From positions 64,001-128,000 of the forward strand of contig JAWCCZ010000002.1 in NCBI GenBank assembly GCA_038861545.1: DNA of 64,000 nucleotides, read 5' to 3'. Below are positions 60,374 to 64,000 of this stretch, in pieces (position 1 is the stretch's first letter; each line of letters starts with the position of its first letter). This DNA comes from Thermofilaceae archaeon. GTDB taxonomy: Archaea; Thermoproteota; Thermoprotei; Thermofilales; Thermofilaceae. The translations under genes were made by a program, and so were the position numbers. Below the pieces are notes generated by a model, which had not been told where the DNA came from, made no database searches, and saw only the letters and a list, made by a program, of their open reading frames with translations.

Positions 60374-61603
60374 ATGAAGGAAAACAATGTTGAATACTTA
60401 ATTGGGTTAAGGAAAAGACTTGAGAAAATTCTCAGCGAGAATATTATCCCGTTTTGGTATAGAACAATCGATAAGGAAAATGGAGGATATATTCTGAATC
60501 ATGATTTGACTGGTAAACTTTTAGGTAAGGGAAATAAAATGATTGTAACACAGGCGAGAACTGTCTGGTACTTCTCAATGCTATATCGTAATGGGTGGGC
60601 TGGAAAAGAAGCCCTAGAATCTGCTGAGCATGGGGTAACATTTCTTACGGAAAAAATGTGGGATAAGGAGTACGGGGGTTTCTACTGGGAAGTTAATTCA
60701 AAGGGTAATGTGGTTAGAGACTTTAAACACATGTATGGGCAAGCATTCGGCCTTTACGCTTTATCCGAATATGCGCTAGCTAGCGGAAAGAGAGAAGCGA
60801 TGGAGTTTGCAAAGGAAATATTTGAAATTATTGAGCGAGCACATGACAATATCTATGGTGGATTTCGGGAGATTTTCTCCCGTAATTGGTCGCCACCACA
60901 GCAACTGCGAAGCCCTGTAGGACCTGTAGACGCGAAGATGATGAACACACACCTACATTTGATGGAAGCTTTTACGACGTTTTACGAGTTGACAAGAGAC
61001 GAGCATGCAAAACAGAGGCTTATGGAGATGATTCTAATCATGGCTAATACAGTAGTTGACATGCATTCCGGCGCTTGTATAGACTTACACGACTTAAAGT
61101 GGAGACCATTACCCTCCGAGGGCGAGCTCAGAGTTTCATATGGACATAACCTAGAGGCACTTTGGCTGATTGCCGAAGCCTGTGAGTTCATTGGTATACC
61201 GCTCGGGTTGCTTGCAAACTACTTTGATACAGTTTATAATTACTGTATAAAGTATGGATTTGATCACGAGAAAGGTGGAGTTTATGATAGTGGACCGTTA
61301 AACCGCTCTGCAGATAGACTGGAGAAAGTTTGGTGGGTTCAAGCCGAATCGCTAGTTGCGATGGCTTACCTTTACAAAGTTACGCGTGAGGAACGGTTCC
61401 TTCGAGATCTCGAGAAACAGCTTAATTGGATAGAAAAGTACCAAGTAGATTGGGAGAAAGGGGACTGGTTTGAAGTTATTTTACCGAATGGTAGGCCTGC
61501 TGGTTTTAAAGCACACATATGGAAATCCGCGTACCATAATGGAAGAGCTATGGTGAAGACTATTCAAACTATAGATTTCCTAACCGAAGAGAAAAAACTT
61601 TAG
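60374..61603 (+). CDS. AGE family epimerase, cellobiose 2-epimerase-like
   Basis: VTQARTVW, YGQAFGLYALSEY, MNTHLHLMEAF, SYGHNLE, KVWWVQAE, WKSAYHNGRA. Confidence 0.88.
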   Translation: MKENNVEYLIGLRKRLEKILSENIIPFWYRTIDKENGGYILNHDLTGKLLGKGNKMIVTQARTVWYFSMLYRNGWAGKEALESAEHGVTFLTEKMWDKEYGGFYWEVNSKGNVVRDFKHMYGQAFGLYALSEYALASGKREAMEFAKEIFEIIERAHDNIYGGFREIFSRNWSPPQQLRSPVGPVDAKMMNTHLHLMEAFTTFYELTRDEHAKQRLMEMILIMANTVVDMHSGACIDLHDLKWRPLPSEGELRVSYGHNLEALWLIAEACEFIGIPLGLLANYFDTVYNYCIKYGFDHEKGGVYDSGPLNRSADRLEKVWWVQAESLVAMAYLYKVTREERFLRDLEKQLNWIEKYQVDWEKGDWFEVILPNGRPAGFKAHIWKSAYHNGRAMVKTIQTIDFLTEEKKL

Positions 61604-61608
61604 AATTT

Positions 61609-63678
61609 TCATTTCATAGATTTTTCTAAAATAAAAGCTTTTCCTTGAAACGGGTTTAAACTAACTTTTAGTGATAACTTCCTCCCGCTTTGGTATACAC
61701 TTAATTCCTCGCCGCTAAAGAAATCCTTAACTGTATACTCGCCCCTTAGGTCGAGTTGAACGGTTACCATAGACTCAGCTGTTTCGTTGAGATGGTTAAC
61801 CGTTAGCAGCATTAGCCGAGTTCCATCAAGCTTCTTCCAAATGCCTACCTCAATCGCTGGGTTACTGGATATCACCGGTAAATGCACGCCAGCTTCCCTG
61901 AGCACGCTTAACACTATTTCCCGGACTGTTTCGTTCCAGCGGACCACGAATGGAAACATTACAGCTAAATCGTAATATCCTGGGTAGTTAGCGTAGTCGT
62001 AGCCGAGCATAGTAGCGGCTTTCACAACACTTCCTTTACCCTTCTTGAATACAATTATTGCAGGGTCTCCATTCTCGAATTCCGCTACAACTGTGCTTCC
62101 AGCTGCATTAATATTTTCACACATTCCACTGACTCCAACTGGGATAACCCTTCCCTTCAAGCCGCTTAGCCATGAAGCAGATGTATTCACCGTATAAGCT
62201 GTATGCTCGACAGCTGAGCTGGTGACCAGTTCAGGGTATACCTGCTGGAAATCGCCGACGCCTTTTCCAGCGTAATCAAGGATTAAAGTACCGCCCTTCT
62301 CAACAAACTCGCGGATTTTACCAGATACCTCAGGCGGAAGTACGGGACAGCCGACCGCGCAAAGTACTTTGTACCCGTGTTTATCGAGAACCCCCTCTAG
62401 AACTTGTTGTTCTGAGATTACATCAACCGGTACGCTGCTACGCGCTAGTAGAGTGTAGAACAGCAGGTTGTTCATGTAGTAGAGGTCGTCCCTCTTTAGC
62501 TCCATGCTTGTCCAGGAGTAAAGTAAGGCAACTTCAGCTTTCTGCATCTCGTACCCCTCCAGCTCTCTCACTAAAGCCTTGTAGACTTTATTCGCCTCTT
62601 TCGTAGAGTGCCAAAGGTCAAGGTTCCTCCAGTCAACCCACCAGACTATACCAAGGGAGCCGTGTATGAGACATGAGTATACTTGTTCGATCATGCTGCC
62701 TGGTGGAATTCTGTACCCCATCCATGAGTTAAAGGCTTGACCGTTCGCTGTGTAAAGTTTGTCAAAACTTAATGCGGATCTAACTAGGTCCTTGATGTAC
62801 TCGTAGATATAGATCACATACCGGTGGTCAAATTCGAGCGGGTACATGTCCTCGTGTCCGACATCTATAGTTTTAGCCATTCGGAAAATATCGTTACCTG
62901 AATATATGCACTGGTAGGTGCAGGGGTAGAAGTCATTCAACTCATGCGTAGCTAGGAGCGGTATGATGCTCTTTGCGTACCTTATCAACTCATCGAGAAA
63001 GTTGGGGATTATTTCTGCGTGGTAGTCGAGCCACTCCTTCCACAAGTTGGGGTTTCTATCGTCCCTCGGAGGCTCGATTTCTCCCCAGTCCGCATAGCGG
63101 GTACCATGCTTCGCGTTGAAAAGTTTTATTGAACCATACTTCCTCCTCATAGCTTCCCTGAATTTCTCGATGCAATGCTTGCAGTAGCAGCACGGTTTTA
63201 GCGGACCTCCACCAAACTCAGGTACATCATTTCTATAGTAAGCTTCATGAACGAAGCTGAATAGCGGTAACCCGTCGATCTTGTAGAGGGCAGGGTGGTT
63301 CCCGAACTTCTCCAAGAACTCTTTCACCAACTTTTTAGCAGTCTCTATTAAAAGGGGGTGGTTAAAGCAGCCGATGTTCCAGTATCTCGGATCGTCTGAT
63401 GTTGTACCATCATAGTTAACTATTTTCACCTCTGGGTGCTCGGCAATAGATACATGTGGGTTTAACACCGGTGTTATTTTCAACCCTAGAGAAAGCGCTT
63501 TATCGAACGTGTAGCCTAGCATCTCGTTTCTGATGTCGGATATCAGCAACCAGATAGATGTAGCACCTGCTTCTTTCACAGCGCTTAGAACCTTATCTAC
63601 TTCATTTCTAGCTTCCTCCCTTGGCACGAAAACATATGCAGCTACTATAGGATCCCGGAAATAGTTTTGAGGAACCAT
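61609..63678 (-). CDS. GH42-like beta-galactosidase family protein
   Basis: CFNHP, CCYCKHC Zn site, KYGSIKLFN...WGEIEPP, AEVALLYS, trimerisation-like domain. Confidence 0.75.
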   Translation of the reverse strand: MVPQNYFRDPIVAAYVFVPREEARNEVDKVLSAVKEAGATSIWLLISDIRNEMLGYTFDKALSLGLKITPVLNPHVSIAEHPEVKIVNYDGTTSDDPRYWNIGCFNHPLLIETAKKLVKEFLEKFGNHPALYKIDGLPLFSFVHEAYYRNDVPEFGGGPLKPCCYCKHCIEKFREAMRRKYGSIKLFNAKHGTRYADWGEIEPPRDDRNPNLWKEWLDYHAEIIPNFLDELIRYAKSIIPLLATHELNDFYPCTYQCIYSGNDIFRMAKTIDVGHEDMYPLEFDHRYVIYIYEYIKDLVRSALSFDKLYTANGQAFNSWMGYRIPPGSMIEQVYSCLIHGSLGIVWWVDWRNLDLWHSTKEANKVYKALVRELEGYEMQKAEVALLYSWTSMELKRDDLYYMNNLLFYTLLARSSVPVDVISEQQVLEGVLDKHGYKVLCAVGCPVLPPEVSGKIREFVEKGGTLILDYAGKGVGDFQQVYPELVTSSAVEHTAYTVNTSASWLSGLKGRVIPVGVSGMCENINAAGSTVVAEFENGDPAIIVFKKGKGSVVKAATMLGYDYANYPGYYDLAVMFPFVVRWNETVREIVLSVLREAGVHLPVISSNPAIEVGIWKKLDGTRLMLLTVNHLNETAESMVTVQLDLRGEYTVKDFFSGEELSVYQSGRKLSLKVSLNPFQGKAFILEKSMK

Positions 63679-63808
63679 CTTAAAGCGCCTCTGGCCAGGG
63701 GGTATAAATGGACAGTAATATACCTGTTTATGCCTTAAAAATGGGATCCTTACTCCGCGACTGCGCTGCCGTTTAACACTAATCGACGACCCAATTATAT
63801 ATTAATAT

Positions 63809-63823
63809 AACAATGTAATTGTT
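63809..63823. promoter_or_regulatory. Palindrome between TATA box and start codon (candidate operator)
   Basis: AACAAT-GTA-ATTGTT after TTATATAT and before ATG 63828. Confidence 0.35.
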
Positions 63824-63827
63824 AGCG

Positions 63828-64000
63828 ATGTCGAAAATCTATGCCTGGAGCAGTGGAGAAGTTTTGAAGGTTCGCTTATTCCTTCGACTCATCGCTCAGG
63901 ATTTTGCTCAAGACGCTGTGGCTGTGGCTGAAGAAGGTATTGGGCGTACTTACTTGAAACTAAGCTTCCTTAAAGATGGTAAAGTCGTTAAAGCTGTAGA
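63828..64000 (+). CDS. Partial CDS running off the window end; unknown
   Basis: MSKIYAWSSGEVLKVRLFLRLIAQDFAQ... open to the window end; TATA upstream. Confidence 0.5.
   Translation, partial: MSKIYAWSSGEVLKVRLFLRLIAQDFAQDAVAVAEEGIGRTYLKLSFLKDGKVVKAV

Noticed and set aside
479-61975. Many 60-170 aa ORFs antisense to or inside called genes (e.g. 4439-4879, 22351-22695, 43825-44346, 59404-59784)
   Set aside because: Shadows of well-supported genes with no motifs
1-64000. CRISPR array, cas genes, transposase or integrase (sought because of the CARF protein and relics)
   Set aside because: No regularly spaced repeats or recognisable motifs seen by eye

Overview
This is a gene-dense 64 kb archaeal chromosomal window. 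Inferred origin is a hyperthermophilic crenarchaeon, probably Thermofilaceae-like, based on TATA-box promoters, 4-nt stop/start overlaps, archaeal-type Elp3/ThyA/NurA-HerA/Pab87 and C-terminally anchored solute-binding proteins. It encodes a MoxR-DUF58 operon, a Dpp/Opp ABC importer, a subtilisin, many carbohydrate enzymes (two GH5, GH99-like, GH123/DUF4091-like, GH42-like, cellobiose 2-epimerase-like, fucose-isomerase-like + PfkB kinase), two VapBC loci, an RHH-DUF5678/retropepsin module, and several gene relics. I saw no rRNA, tRNA, CRISPR array, transposase or integrase. Best candidates for undescribed systems: (1) a nurA-herA pair without mre11/rad50, divergent from a CARF-like/wHTH regulator, with herA apparently starting at CTG; (2) a coupled luxE-luxC-SDR acyl-reduction operon without luciferase; (3) a GINS-B-like domain inside a surface ABC binding protein; (4) a Trm9-like methyltransferase-elp3 operon; (5) a membrane-anchored MTA/SAH nucleosidase; (6) a CX5R phosphatase-HD fusion. 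All family calls come from motifs read by eye; no searches were run.
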